Below, piece after piece: positions 41,511 through 55,500 of a DNA stretch of 64,000 nt; position 1 is the stretch's first letter; each line of letters opens with the position of its first letter. Location of the stretch: assembly GCA_043228905.1 (NCBI GenBank), contig JBHGNT010000011.1, forward strand, positions 4,154,001 to 4,218,000. Reading direction: 5' to 3'. The notes beneath the pieces were generated by a model. The model saw nothing but the letters and a program-made list of their open reading frames with translations, ran no database searches and was not told the origin of the DNA. A program made the position numbers and the translations under genes. The DNA is from Azolla caroliniana. Lineage: Eukaryota > Plantae > Polypodiophyta.

Positions 41511-44500
41511 ACAATGGCCTAACACAGGGTGTCTCCGGAAGACACTTCACCAAAGGGGTGTACGGCGAGATAACTTAAGACACAACGATTAATGCGACTT
41601 AATTGGCTACTTAGCAATAAGGCATTCACTTAATACACGTGTAAGATATAACAATTAATACAAAACGGTAATCAATACGTGAAGATAAAACAAGAAGCTT
41701 ATATTAATTCTCTGTCAAAATTATACACTGTAACCATGCCTTTATATAGGTCACCGGTGTTGCGTACAAAACGGTGCCAACCGGCACCTGTTCGGAACCG
41801 GTCCGGATCCGGATCGGCATACTGATTCCGGTCCGTCCGTTAACTACATAATTATAATCTACTTTACTTAATTAAAATATATTCCGAATAACCATCCCTT
41901 TCACATTCTGGTCTTTGCTACTTTGTCGGCCGGGTAACACATGGCATGCCAGTGGGACAGTACCTTGTACGTCGAATCCCACTATCCGGCCCTTAGCCTT
42001 CGTCCAAGATATCGAGAATACTCTGCTCCAGGGTATCCAATGGTTGTTCGGAACTCTGTTGTTGTTGTTGTTGTGGCTGTTATTGTGGCTGCTGTAGCTA
42101 CAACTCCTCCGACTGTTGCTCCTGAGAGGGCGTCTGTTCGGCTCCCGGAACCGGCGGTTGTGGCAGTGATTCCTTCGTTAGCTGCTCCGCCGGATTTGAC
42201 TCCAGTTGACTCGCCCCGGCCTTGTCTCCGTCCGGTCCTTGCTCCGGTGATGGCTCCTCATCGCTGAGGTTGATGGTCGCCACCTGCTTTGCTTCTTCTC
42301 TCCGTAGCCTGGTCCGCTCATAGTTCTCAAACTGGATTTGAGCATCCAGTCGATCATCATCTAGCTGTGCTACAAGTTGCCGGACCATTGCTGACTGCTC
42401 CTCCGCCAGAGTTACAAAATCTTCAGCTAACTCATCTCTTATGGCGGTGAAGTCCTCTTTCATTAGCATGTAGCAGTCGTCGCCATGCCTCTATCGGTTT
42501 TCCACGTCGCCCGTAGCAACTGGAGCTTGGCTGTGTGCTTTGCCCATTTGTCCCACCATTGCGCGAAGCTTTTGTCAATCAAGCGTTTGGTCTTGTTCCT
42601 CCATGCCTGGACAATGAGCTGGATCCGCTCCAATCCCATCTTCGATTTGTCCTCCGCGGCTTCCCGTTCGTCCTTCAACTGCTTGATCAGTGCCACCGTA
42701 TCCACCTCCTACTCCTGGTAATGTGACAATTGGGTTTGATAGGTGTTCTGCAACCTTTGCAATACCATTGTCCCTCTTTCCTTCTCTTCATAATGCTGCT
42801 TATGCAGCTCCATCCATTCTTGAGCGGCTTCCTCCAACAACGTGGTTCTTTCCGCCTGTTCCTCCGCCAGCGCCGTCTCAACTCGATGGACCTCCTGCCG
42901 GAGCTCTGCCATCTTCTCCTGCTGTTTCTTATGCTCCGTATCCAGGTGCTTGTAGTCCCGGTGTAGGTGCTCAAAATCATCAGTCTTCTGCTTCAGCTTT
43001 TGGTTGAGTTGCCAGCGAGCGCGGTCTTCCCGATCCTTTTGCTGATGGAGTTCTTCTTTCAGCCTTTCGATCTCTGTTTCCGTCATCCGTCGCAACTTCT
43101 CCTTTTCTTGCAGGGCCTTCTCTTTCTCCTCCTTCAGCCGGTCATAGGCCTGATGCCCTTTCCGCAGATTCTCTTTTGCCCGGCGGAGGTTCTTAGTAGT
43201 CTTTCATTGCTCTTCTTCTGCCGCTTTCTTCAAGTCCCGCTCTCGGGTGCGTAATGCTTCCTATGCGGCCAACTCTTTTTCTTGCGCCGCCTCTATCTCC
43301 GGGACTGGTTCCGTCTCCGGGGTCTTATTGCTATGTACAGGTGTCAGGGTTTCTTTATTCTGTACATCGACCGGAGTCACCGGTGCTTGGAGCTGTGGTC
43401 CGGTTAAGGCCATTTTGGCCAATTCTTCTATGGCTAGGTCCAAGTCTTGTTCTAGGCTCCGGATCCTTGACCGGGCCGTCTCTAGTTCTCCGGTTGTGAC
43501 GAGCAACCGGTCCATCTGCGCTTTCTCTTCCGCCTCTATGTAGTGTACCACTTTGGTGATCTGTTCTCCAATCCACCGGAGCCATTGGCTGCCGGTGCCC
43601 TGTTGTTGTGTCTGCCCGGAGGGTTGGCTGGTGGTGTCGCTGGCCAGTGGTCGGTTTTGTCTAGTTGCATCGAACTGCAACTCTGGCTCCTGTTGGTGAT
43701 CACTTTGCCGTTCTGGTTGCGGTTCCGTTGGCCGCTCCGCCTTTGAATGCTCTTGGCCTGTCGGTGGGGTAGGCAACTGTACTTCCGGCGCTTGCATTTC
43801 GGGTCTTGCCGTATCCTGACCCGCCGATAGAGGTTGTTGTGTAGGGAGCTCTGTGATCGGTTCTGTCCAGTGCGGGCTGCTCAGTGCGGGGTACAAGCGT
43901 TCCATTCTTCTTTGGGTCTGAATGCTCCCTAGCATGTTCGGAGGTGCTTGCCTTCTAGTGCCGCTGGAGGTGCTCTAATGGTTCCTCCTCCGCTTCCTCC
44001 TCCTAAGTCCCGATGTTGATTTTCACTGCCAAGGGGTCCAACGCTTGTTGAACCGGTCGGCTAAGCCTGATCTTGATTGGCCGTACCGGTGGCTCCTCTT
44101 GCGTTTCCGCCTACCGCTTCCTATTGGCGCGCTCCTTTGCCGCCTGGTCCGTGTCAGCCGCCTTCCCTTTGGTTGCCTTAGAAGCCAACAACTGCTGCCA
44201 TTTCGAGGCCGTTTTCGGGGTGCCTTCGGTTGTTCTTCCCCGCTTCGTGGTCTTGACGGGCTCAATAGGTGGCGCCAATAGGATGAGCCATTGCGCCACT
44301 ACCGTCCATATCTTCCGACCCTCTTTGCCTCTGACAGAGTCGATGGCCGCACAGAGGCCATCCGCAATCAGTACCGCCCAGTCCACCTTCACGCCTTCAT
44401 ATGTGGCTATGATTAAGCCGGCCTGGTTCTGGGGCATGCACTGGGGTCGAGGGTATACATGTCCAAATTCATGGAGCACACGGGCAATCTCTCGAAAGAG

Positions 44501-47500
44501 TGGATCTTCGCCGCCCTGTGTCCGGTAGGCCTTGCTTGCGAGAGAGTATTCGCCAAAATATTTTTGGAGCTGCTCTGGGGTAGGGTTGTCGATGGTGAAG
44601 ATGCCCCCCTCCGGAAGGCCAATCAACGCATGGATGGCCTCTTCCGTGATCAGCTCCGTGTCGATTTCTTTGACTATCTTCTCCGCCTCCCGGTGTGGTG
44701 GCGCCTCCATGATTGTGAGGAAACCCTCCAACTTGTGTTGCCTTAGCCACTTCTTGGCCGCTTTAGAGAGTGCTTGGCAGTCCATGGCTTCGTCGAGGTT
44801 GGTGAGCGCTGGTGAGGGTTGTGTGTGATGAGTCTCTGTGTGCGTGGGCTCGCGTATGTTAATCTTCAATCGCCTGTCTGCGTTTGTGCTCCTCTGTTCG
44901 CGAAATGTGAGGGTTTCTATGTGGCGGGAGTCTTCTTGTTGCATGTTGGCACCTGTTTTTTTTTACCCGCGCGTGTGCATGTCGTGTACTAAAATAGAAT
45001 GTCGTGCCATGTGGCGGCGGTTTAATACCCTATTAATAGCCCACTACGTACCTTTTCAAAGTGCCTGTTCACTCCTTGTTTTTGCATGTGTCCGTTCACC
45101 CCTTGCCCTTGCATGATTTACTTTGATTTGATTTGATTTGATTTTTATTTGATTTATTTATTTTTATTTATTTTTATAAAAATGGTTTTGCTAATTCGCA
45201 ACCGGTCCCATTGGACCCCTATCCGGATTGTGGTCCTTGCTGGCCGCTGGACCGCTTGCCGTCGCTTCCGACTTACCGGTGTCCGGTTCTGTGTCGCCCT
45301 TCACTTGTTCAAATGGGTTTCTTGGCATGGGTCCATTATATGGTTTGAGTCAGAACCCATTGACCCATTTACCCAGAACCTCGCCGGCGAGTGTCCCTAA
45401 TTGAACCGTTGAACTCACGCGTAATCTAGAATGGTCCGGTCCACCGAAACCGTAGCTTTCCCGGCATTTTACCCATCCGGGTCTGGAACATGAGTACCGG
45501 CTTACCGATTCCGAACATCTTTTCGTTCCCTTTTCGGTGATGATCTACGAACGCTTTCCTTCGCTGCTGCTCTAGTTCTAGGTGCATGATGCTGGCTAGC
45601 CAGTGTTCTTCCAATTCGCACAACGCGCTTAACCGGATAGCTTCCGATTCCTTCTCATTTAGGCGTTCCCGAATCTGTATTCGTAAACTCGGTACCTGGA
45701 ACTCTACCGGCATCACTGCTTCCAATCTGAATGCTAGGCGAAACGGTGTGGTGTGGATACTCGTCTTATATGCCATTCGGTAGGCCCAGAGGGCACTGTG
45801 CAGCTTTGTATCCCAATCCGTTCGGTTCTCATTGACGATTTTTCGTAGGGTGTTTTGTAGTGTTTTATTTGTTGACTCTGCTAATCCGTTGGCTTGCGGA
45901 TAATAGGGAGTGCTCCGTTTGTGCATCACCGCATAAAATGTCGTCAAAATTTCCACTATTTGCCCTAAGAAGTGCCCACCTTGGTCACTTATGAGCTCTA
46001 TTGGACATCCATACCGGCACCAGATGCATTCATATCAATTTTTTGCCATGGATGCCGCGGTGTTGTCGCGTAGTGCTTTCGCTTCCACCCATTTCGTGCA
46101 GTAATCTGTAGCGACAATCATGTACCGGTTGCCGGTTCTCATGGCAGGTGGTTTGAATGGACCAACAAAATCCAGCCCCCATTTTTGAAATGGTTCTAAC
46201 GGTAGCACGGTTTGATGAGGCATTTTGGCTTGTTCAGTTGGTTGGCCCATTCGTTGACATAGGTTGCATTCTTTAGCGTACCAGACTGCATCCTTCAATG
46301 TTGTCGGCCACCATAGTCCACTCTGCCATATTTTCCTTGTTGTAGCGTCTCCGACATAATGTCCTCCAGCCACGCCGTAGTGCGCTTCGCGCAATATTAT
46401 TTCCTTTTCGTCGCTGCGCACTGCACGCCGCCATATGCCATTTGCACCTTTGTGGTACAGTGTGTCCTGTAATAGACAGAAGTGCCGGCTTTGAACCGCT
46501 AAGCGTTTCCTTTCGTCTCTGTTCATCTCCTCCAGAAGTAAGCCGGTGCTCAGAAATTGGTGCATGTTGGTGAGCCACTTGTCTTCCTCTACGACCGTAC
46601 TATCTGATGCCGTTTCTGCTGTGACTCTAAACAACTCTACATTCGGAAAGTCGTTTGGGACTCCGTCACCAGTTTCGCCGGAATCCAACCGGCTTAAATA
46701 GTCTGCTACCGCATGTTGTATGCCGGGTCGGTGGAATACCTTGAACTCGAATTCTTGCAATAGTAACGTCCACCGAGCCAGCTTACCGATGAGTGATGCT
46801 TTGGACACCAAATAGAGGAGCGCCGAATGATCTACGTGAAAGGAAAATTTCATTCCCAACAGATAGTGTCTAAACTTGGTGACACTGTAGATCATACCCA
46901 AGGCCTCCCTTTCCATTGTGGAATAATTTCGTTCCGCTTGGGAAAGCTTCCGGCTGGCATAATAGACTGGCCGGTACCATTTCGGTTCTGTCAGTTGCAT
47001 CAGTGCGCTCCCGATTGCGATGTCGGACGCGTCAACGAACACATGGAACTCTTTGGACCAATCCGGAGGTTGCACCACCGACGCTTGTGACAACAGTACT
47101 TTTAGTGCCCGGTAAGCCTGGTCTTCTGTGTTTGTCCATGTCCGATGTACCGCGGCATGCAATGGTGTAGCCAGGGCTGCCATATACCAGAGCATTCGGT
47201 TATGCCACCGAATTTGTCCTAAGAACCGGCTTAGTGCCTTTGCCGTGGCTGGTGCTGGTGCCTCCAGGATTGCTTTTACTTTGTCCGGATCCACTGCGAT
47301 ACTGTCCTTGCTCACTATGTGGCCCAGTAACACTTCGTTGGTTACTCCGAACACGCATTTTCCCGGGTTCAGGCTTAGTCGGTAAACCCTACATTTCTCC
47401 AAACATAGTTGGAGGTGCTGAAGGTGATCTCCTTCCTGGCTATAAACAACGAAGTCGTCCAAGAACACCTACATGAATGCCGGAATGAATTCTCCGAAAA

Positions 47501-50500
47501 TCTCCATGATGATCCGCTGGAAGGTTGCCGACGTCGTTTTCAGTCCGAACATCATCACTACGGCAACAAAGATTCCCCATTCGGTGACAAAAGCGGTTTT
47601 CTCTTGGTCGGCGGGGTGCATCCGGATCTGATTATAGCCGCTGAAACTGTCCAGAAAACTGTACACCTTATGACCGGCGACCGCATCCAGGACTCCATCC
47701 GTGAATGGAAGTGGGAAGGCATCCGTTACCGTAGCCGCATTCAATTTCTGGTAGTCGACGCACACTCTGATCTTCCCGTTCTTTTTGGGTACTACCACTA
47801 TCGGGCTGAGCCATGTGGCTTTCTTTACCGGTCAGATGAAGCCCACTCTTAGCAACTTGTCGATTTCTTCTTTGATTTTTGCTGCGTAATTCAGGTTCAT
47901 TCGGTAACGCCGTTGCGCTACCGGTTTGGCGTCTTTACTCAGATGTATCTGGTGTTGATACAACTGAGGATCGAATCCCGACATGTCCTCGTAGGACAAG
48001 GCGAACACATCGCGAAATTCTTTTAGGAGTGTGATCATTGCCGTTTTGTTCTCCGAGGTCATTTCCTTGGCGATGTGCACCGGTCTTGTGTCCTCTGTGG
48101 TACCTAGGTTTACCTCTTCTAGTTGGGATGCTTTCACGCGCTGCGATACTGCCTTTGCTTTTTCCAGTGCCTCTAGTGCTTGCCGTAATTCCCATATTGC
48201 TTCTTTGTCTGGTTCCTCGTCGGTCCCGTCCGGTTGTAGTACGTACGGTGATATTGCTTCGACTACATCAATCTCGAACAGAGGTACGATCTTCGGATTT
48301 TCCTGTAAGTATTGATCGACCTCTTCGTCCGCCAATCCTTCCCGCATGTTGACACATTCCGCATATAGCGCCGTTGACTCCTTGCCGGTCCCGGATTGTG
48401 GTTGAGTCGGTACTCGTATTTTCGCTTTTCCACGCCGGAACGTAATTATATTCTTCCTCCAGTTTTGCTCTATGTGTGTTGTTTTTAACCCAGGGAATCC
48501 CAACAATAGTGGGTAAGCTCCCTGAGCATGTAGCTAGAGAACTATTGCGGAAATGCGAAATGTGTGACCCCCAATGGTCACTTCCAGATCCCGTATTAAT
48601 CCGGTCGGCCGTACTGAGCTTGTGTCTGCCATCCGAAGCCAAAACGGGCATGGTTCCCAGTCATGGATTCCTAGAGTGTTACACGTTTAGAGTCTGATCA
48701 CGTTCACGTCGGATCCTCCATCGATAATCGTGCCCGGTAGCTCCTTTCCCTTCACGATTGCGGTGATTGCCGGACTACTTGTGTCCACTGCCGGTCCTTC
48801 CTCCGGATTTGAAAAGAATGCCGGAGCCGATGGTGTGTCAGCTGCCGTCCTTCCAGTCTTCAGTCCTTCCGTGAAGCGTGGTACCAGTTGCAATAGCCGG
48901 CCTAACGGCAACGTTATTTGGCATTCTTGTAACGCCTGCCAGGTTGGGTTTTCGGGCTGCCCTGGGCCGGTGAGCTCTTCGGCATTCTCCTTTTGTTGTT
49001 CGAGCTCTACCGCATTTCGCTCATTTGCCTTCTTCACCCATTCGGTTGCCTGCTTCCGGATGGCTTCTTGAGTTTCCCAGTACGTGGCTTTGCCTTTTGA
49101 TATTGTAGTGACTTGTTGTATGTCCGCGACTTCCGTGTCTACCATGTTCACCGCTGGTCGCTTGTCGTAGCTCTTCGCCGAACATTGATTACTATAGTGA
49201 CCTTCTTGCCGGCAATAATAGCAGTACGGCTTCCGGGTTTTGTTGGATTCGGCGTTTGTGCTTGGTGTAGGTCCTGTGGTAAGTGCTTGGTTTTGGTCCG
49301 GTTGGCTGCTTGGATCGCCCTTTTCCGGTTCCCGTGGATGACTCCCCTTTTTGTTGAAATGAAGTTTCTTGAAATTCTTTTTGTTTCGGTAACCTTGATG
49401 GTGTTGGTCGTCATACTTGCCATAGTCGTCCCGTCGGTGGTTGTAACCAGGGGAGTGCTCCTGGTTGTATCTCTTGTACCGTCCATTATAGTCCCGATAT
49501 CTATCCTGTCTGTCATACCGGTCATGAGCGTCTCTTCAATTGCTGTACCGGACATCTTGTGCCGGTCAGTAGCGTTCCTCTCGCCGCCATCGGTCTTCTT
49601 CTTCCTCCTGGTTGCTCCATGGTTCAATTTGCCGAACCGTTGGTGCTTGCGGATTTAACAAGTTATACTCACACCGTTCCATTGTGTGACTTCTGGAGTG
49701 GCAGAGCAAGCATTGGGAACGCATGGTGCATTCCAGAGCCGAATGTCCGGCATTTAGGCATGTCGTACATTGAACTGCTTGCTGGAAACGAAGGTCCTCT
49801 TCTGTTGGTAGTGCACGCCGAAGTGCGCCCATGGTTAGCCATGAACTTGAGGTTTCCATTTCCCGAACTCGGTCGATCACTTGATATTTGCTGCTGGTGC
49901 GGAAATCAATAAAGGTGCACACCGTACGTAAGGGTTCTTGGAGGGTTGCTAAGAATATGGCCTTTGTTTCTTCCTCCGGTGGTGTTCGGCTGAGCTGACT
50001 GTGGATCCACTGGAACCGGATGACAAACTGCTGAATGTTCTCCGTTGGTTCCTGCCGGATACTGTAAAATAAGCCTACCATTTCCCACTGGTCCATCTCC
50101 TTGTGAAAGAAATGCAAAATTTTTGTCTTTAATGTTTCAAACGTGGGGATGGTGCTGGGATCTTGTGTTCGATGCCATCTGGCAGCCGGTCCCTCCAAGG
50201 TCATGCCGAACTCTGCTCTTTTTGAGCGTTCCTCTTCGGCTGCATTTAAGCATTGGGACACATGGTTCGCCTCCCAGGTCTGCTGAAACACATGGATGTG
50301 GGCTTCCGCGTCCGGATCATCCCAGTATCTAGGATATTGGAATGACATATCTGGGCTGGTGGTGTCGGTGGTCGTTCCTCCTCTTTTGGTGTCAGAGGTT
50401 TTTCCTAGTATTTTGTCGCCGTCAGAGGTATTTCCTGCTCCTCTTTCGGTGTCGGAGGTCTTTCGTCCTCGACTTCTGGTTCCGGAGTGTGGTCAACTTC

Positions 50501-51417
50501 CGGTATCGGAGGTTCCAGCCTTGTCAATTCTGGTTCCGGTGTCGGCAAGGTATTCGACTCCTCGTCCTCTGGTCCGCCTGGGGTGTCGTTACTGTTGCGG
50601 TAGTTTGTCTGCGCGCTGTATTCCCCGTCCGAACCCGATTCAAATGCCGAAAATGTTTCGGATTCGCCTTCCCCCGCTGCCAATGCCTGGAGAAGGGATT
50701 CCGCTTCCCGGAGGCTGCTTAGGCTGCTTCCTTCGTCCGGGTAGGCGTTTTGTGGTAACCGAAGTGACTCCTTGGCCACTCTCCGGATCACCTTGGAAAA
50801 TAAGCGATCCGCTCTGATTTCTTCTACTGCTTGCTGGAAAGCCTCTCGCTTCCTCAGCCGTTCAACAAGTCTCTTTGCTCGCTCCGTAACCGGGTCGTTC
50901 GTTGGTTGCGTCATCCATTCCCGCTGATGTTCGCTGCGATTGTGCAGGAATTGTGGTCGCCAAAAACTGTGTTAATCCTTAGGGACGGACAATGGCCTAA
51001 CACAGGGTGTCTTCGGAAGACACTTCACCAAAGGGGTGTACGGTGAGATAACTTAAGACAGAACGATTAATCCGACTTAATTGGCTACTTAGCAATAAGG
51101 CATTCACTTAATACACGCGTAAGATATAACAATTAATACAGAACGGTAATCAACACGTGAAGATAAAACAAGAAGCTTATATTAATTCTCCGTCAAAATT
51201 ATACATTGTAACTGGGCCTTTATATAGGTCACCGGTGCTGCGTACAAAACGGTGCCAACCGGCACCTGTTCGGAACCAGTCCGGATCCGAATCGGCATAC
51301 CGATTCCTGTCCGTCCGTTCACTACATAATTATAATCTACTTTACTTAATTAAAATATATTCCGAATAACCATCCCTTTCACATTCTGGTCTCTACTCCT
51401 TTTCCGGTCGGGTAACA
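41511..51417 (-). mobile_element. Non-chromoviral Ty3/gypsy element E (Athila/Phygy-like), about 9.9 kb; LTRs 41511-41939 (end clipped) and 50970-51417; gag-pol 45191-50914; extra 3' ORF 41993-44785
   Basis: Near-identical LTR pair and PBS tggcgaccac (~50953-50962). IIDGGS protease, CVDYQKLN/FLDDF RT, VDASD RNaseH and WGLDFVGP integrase; no chromodomain. Confidence 0.92.
41993..44785 (-). pseudogene. Extra 3' ORF of gypsy E (~930 codons, broken): globular N-terminal domain, disordered linker, coiled-coil C-terminus
   Basis: Collinear minus-strand ORFs 44111-44944, 43261-43935, 42709-43095, 42463-42705 and 42098-42469. Homologous to 59142-60304. Confidence 0.75.
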
Positions 51418-52561
51418 ACTAGTGTGGAGGATCCCTCTCGGGCCTTCTTCTCTTGAGGCCACCGACTCGTGCAATCTGCTCTAGTGTCCCTACATTTCTA
51501 CTCCTACGACTGCCTCCGCTATACCATCCTTTGTCGCTTGTATTGGCTGTGACTTCCACATCCTCGCCACCACTTCCATCTCTTAGGTCTTCCGTTGGTT
51601 CTCAGACACAACTGCCTAACTCTCGGGAACAAGTGTGGAGGACCCATACTTTGGTCTACCTCCTTTACCATTTCGCCGTGTCACCGAACTTCGCATCGAC
51701 TTCGATCTTCACTTCCTCGCCGTTACCTTTTCCATAGCCACCTCCGCCTCGACATCGCAACCCGTGGCTATCCCTTCCGTGCAAGCTTCGACCGTTGCCT
51801 CACTCTCGTTTCAACATTCCGGACAACCGTGTCCAAACAGACTCGTCCTCTCACAAGTTAGAAATCATTGCCTCAACATCGCCGACCTTGTCCTCGGTCG
51901 TTCATTCTCCGCAAATCGATAGGGTGGATCACTCCACACCCTCTCCCATGGTACCGATTTACCGCTCTTCGGCCTCCGCATAGGCCCGACCTTTAATTCC
52001 GAAGAGACGACTCGGTCTCGTCCTCCGACTCCTTCGTATCCGTGTGCGGCAGAGGTCCCCGTTCTTCCTGACCGCCTGTTGGATATGGCACCTTGTCCGT
52101 GGCCGTTTCGACCTGACCGCTTCCTCGATCCGACACCGCCGCACGTCGAACTCCCTCTGGCTCCTCATCGCATGTTTAGGATCTATGTATTGATGGAGTT
52201 AACTCCTCGATGTCGTTTGCGGAGCTTGGACCAACGTATACCCTTTTGAAGGCGAATCGGGCGGAGATGGTTGTCGGACACCTCTGAGCCTCACACTCAT
52301 GTAACGATTAATAGGTGATTAGGCACGATATCTCTCTCACTCTCTCAAACTCGCTCTCATAGAAAATAGGTTAATGAATATACACAATAAGAGTAATGAA
52401 TATGTTTATTAACCCTGTTTGCTAAGAGGTCTAGCATCAACAAGGAAGAGAGATTAGTGTTCTCTAACTAAACACCTCACTAATCTCTCTTAAGCTTAAA
52501 GGTTACAAGAAGGAGGTGAGGAAGCTCTAGCTCTTAATCAATAGGGAGATCTTTACAAATG

Positions 52562-55500
52562 TGTTACCGGCCGGCAAAGGAGTCCAGAGTGTGAAACGGA
52601 GGAGTTAATTAATTATTAGGAATGGTTGTAAGTAAGCTATTAGTGTGGACGGATGGACCGGATTCGGTATGCCGTTCCGGATCCGGACCGATCCCGAATA
52701 GGTGCGGATGACACCGTTTTGTACTACGGACCGGAAACCTATTTAAAGGCCCGGATACAATGTAATGGGGAGCGGATAATTAATGAAGATTAGTGTTTTT
52801 ATCTCTGTGTTAATTGCCGTTCTGCATTCATTGTTATATCTTACGCGTGTGATTATTAAGGACGATCTTGCTAAGTAACCTTATTAAGTCGGATTAAGCA
52901 TTGAGTCTAATCCTCTTGCCGTAACACCCTTTGGTGAAGTGTCTTCCGTAGACACCCTGTGTTAGCCCATTGTCCGGCCCTAAGAGTTAACACAGTTTTT
53001 GGTGACCACGATTCCTGTTTTTGTAGCGAACGACGACACGAATGGATGACTAGATCAACGCACGACCTGGTTACAGATTGAACTCGACGCCTTGCCGAAA
53101 GGCAAAGGAGACGTGAGGCTTTCCAGTAAGCGGCGCAGGAAATTAGAGCGGATCGCTCGTTTTCCAACGTAATCCAGAGAGTAGTGGAGGAGTCCCTCTG
53201 GTTACAACAAACATCGCACCCGGACGACGGCAGCAGCCTAAGCAGCCTCCGGGAAACCGAATCCCTTCTCTAGGCGTTGGCAAGCGGAGAAGGCGAAGCA
53301 GAAGCCTTTTCAACATATGAATCGGATTCCGAAGGGGAGTACAGCGTGCACACGAACTACGGTAGTAGCAACGAAACCCCGGGCGAACCGGAGGACGAAG
53401 GATCAGACACCTTACCGACACCGGAATCGGAAGTGCTAAGGCTGGAACCTCCGGAACCAGCAAAGGAAGAGCGACCTCCGACACCGGAAGTCGAGGAGGA
53501 GAGGCCTCCGTCACCAAAAGAAGAGGAAAGACCACCGACGCCGGAAACAAATTAGGAAAGACCACCGACGCTGGAGAAAAACCAGGAACGACCACCAACA
53601 CCGCCAGCCCCCGCACCGATTCCGGATGACGATATGCCGTTCCAATACTCCAAGTATAGAGATGATCCGGACACGGAAGCCCATGTTCACGCCTTCGAAC
53701 AGACATGGGAAGCAAACCATGTGTCCCAGCGATTGACCCCGGAAGAAGAGGAACGCTCTAAGATAGCAGAATTTGGCGTCACATTGGAGGGACCGGCAAC
53801 GAGATGGCGCTGAACGCAGGACCCGTCTACCATCACCACCTTCGCAGATTTAAAAGCTAAATTCTTGCATTTTTTCCAAAAGGAGGTGGACCAGACAGTA
53901 ATGGTGGGCTTATTTTATACCATCCGACAGGAGGCAGGGGAGAGTATTCCCCAGTTTGTCATTTGGTTTCAACGGATGCATAGTCAGCTTGCCCGCGCAC
54001 CCCCGGAGGAGGAATTACGGACTATATTCCTAAATGCGCTCCGGGAACCCCTACGCACGGTTTGCACGGTAATTGATTTCGCCGCAAGTACCATCGACCA
54101 GGTCATTGACCGGGTAAGAGAGATGGAAAAGACAAGCTCCTGGCTCACACAGGGAGCACTCCAACGGGCGTTCCCGTCCGATGAAGACCTCAGGTTTCGG
54201 CAAGCAATATAGTGCACAACATGCTTGAATTCCGGACACTCGGCACTAGAATGCACTATGAGGACGCAATGTGTAATCTGTCAATCCAAGGGCCATACGA
54301 CGGATAGGTGCGAGTATAATCTATTGAACTGGCAAGCACCACCCGTCCGACAAATAGAGCCACGCAGCAGCCGGGATGAAGAAGAGGAACGCTGGCGGCG
54401 AATAGACCGCGACCGACCGGCACAGGACGTCCGGTATGGCAATCGACGGGAGAATGATGTCCGGTACAGTGATCGGCGGGATAACTATGACCGACATGAT
54501 AGATATGATCGGTACCGGGATTACAATAGACGATACGAACATTACGACCGGGAGCACTCCCCCGGGTATCGTCAGCAACAGGAGGAATACGGCAGATATA
54601 ACGACCAACCTCGTCAAGAGTATCACAATAAGAAGAACTATAACAAAAAACGACATTTCAAAAAAGGCAGCTACCCACGGGATCCAGAACAAGGAGCTTC
54701 AAGCAGCCAACCGGCCCAAAACCCCGCGCTTACCACGGGACCTGCCTCGGGTATAACAAACAATGCCGAATCCAGCAATACCTGGAAAGCCTACTGCTAC
54801 TACTGCCGATAGGAAGGCCATTATAGTAATCAATGCCCGACGAAGAGCTATGACAAAAGACAAACAGTAAATATGGTAGTCCCTGAAGTGGCAGATCTGC
54901 AGCAGGTGACCACAAGGTCGAAGGGCATGGCCAAGGAATGGGAGACGCAGGAGACCATCCGGAAGCAAGCGACGGAATGGGTGAAGAAAGCAAACGAGCA
55001 AAATGTCACAGACTTACAACGGCAAAAGGAGAACACCGTAGGGCTTGCCGGCAGTAGCCACCCCGAGAACGAAACATGGGAGGCGTTGCAAGAATGCCAG
55101 ATTACGCTGCCACTAGGAAGACTCCTACAGCTCGTGACGAGATTCACGGAAGGACTGAAGACAGCCATGACGGAAGGAGAATCATCACCGGCATCGGTAC
55201 TCTTCTCGAATTCAGAGGAGGGACCAACGGTGGTGGACACCAATAGCCCGGTAATTACTGCCATTGTAAAAGGGAAAGAACTCCCCGGCACAGTAATAGA
55301 CGGAGGCTCCGGGGTGAATGTAATAAGCCTCCGGACGTGTGATGCACTGGGAATCCACGAGTGGGAGCCGTGTCCGTTCTGGTTACGGATGGCCGATACA
55401 AGCTCAGTGCGGCCGACAGGATTAATACGAAAATTAGAAGTCACCGTTGGCGGTCATACATTTCACATCTTGGCAGTAGTGCTCCAATTATAGGCACAAG

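Noticed and set aside
52300-52561. LTR-like segment starting TGTAACG, interrupted by gypsy F
   Set aside because: No partner LTR, PBS or PPT in the window, so it cannot be supported.
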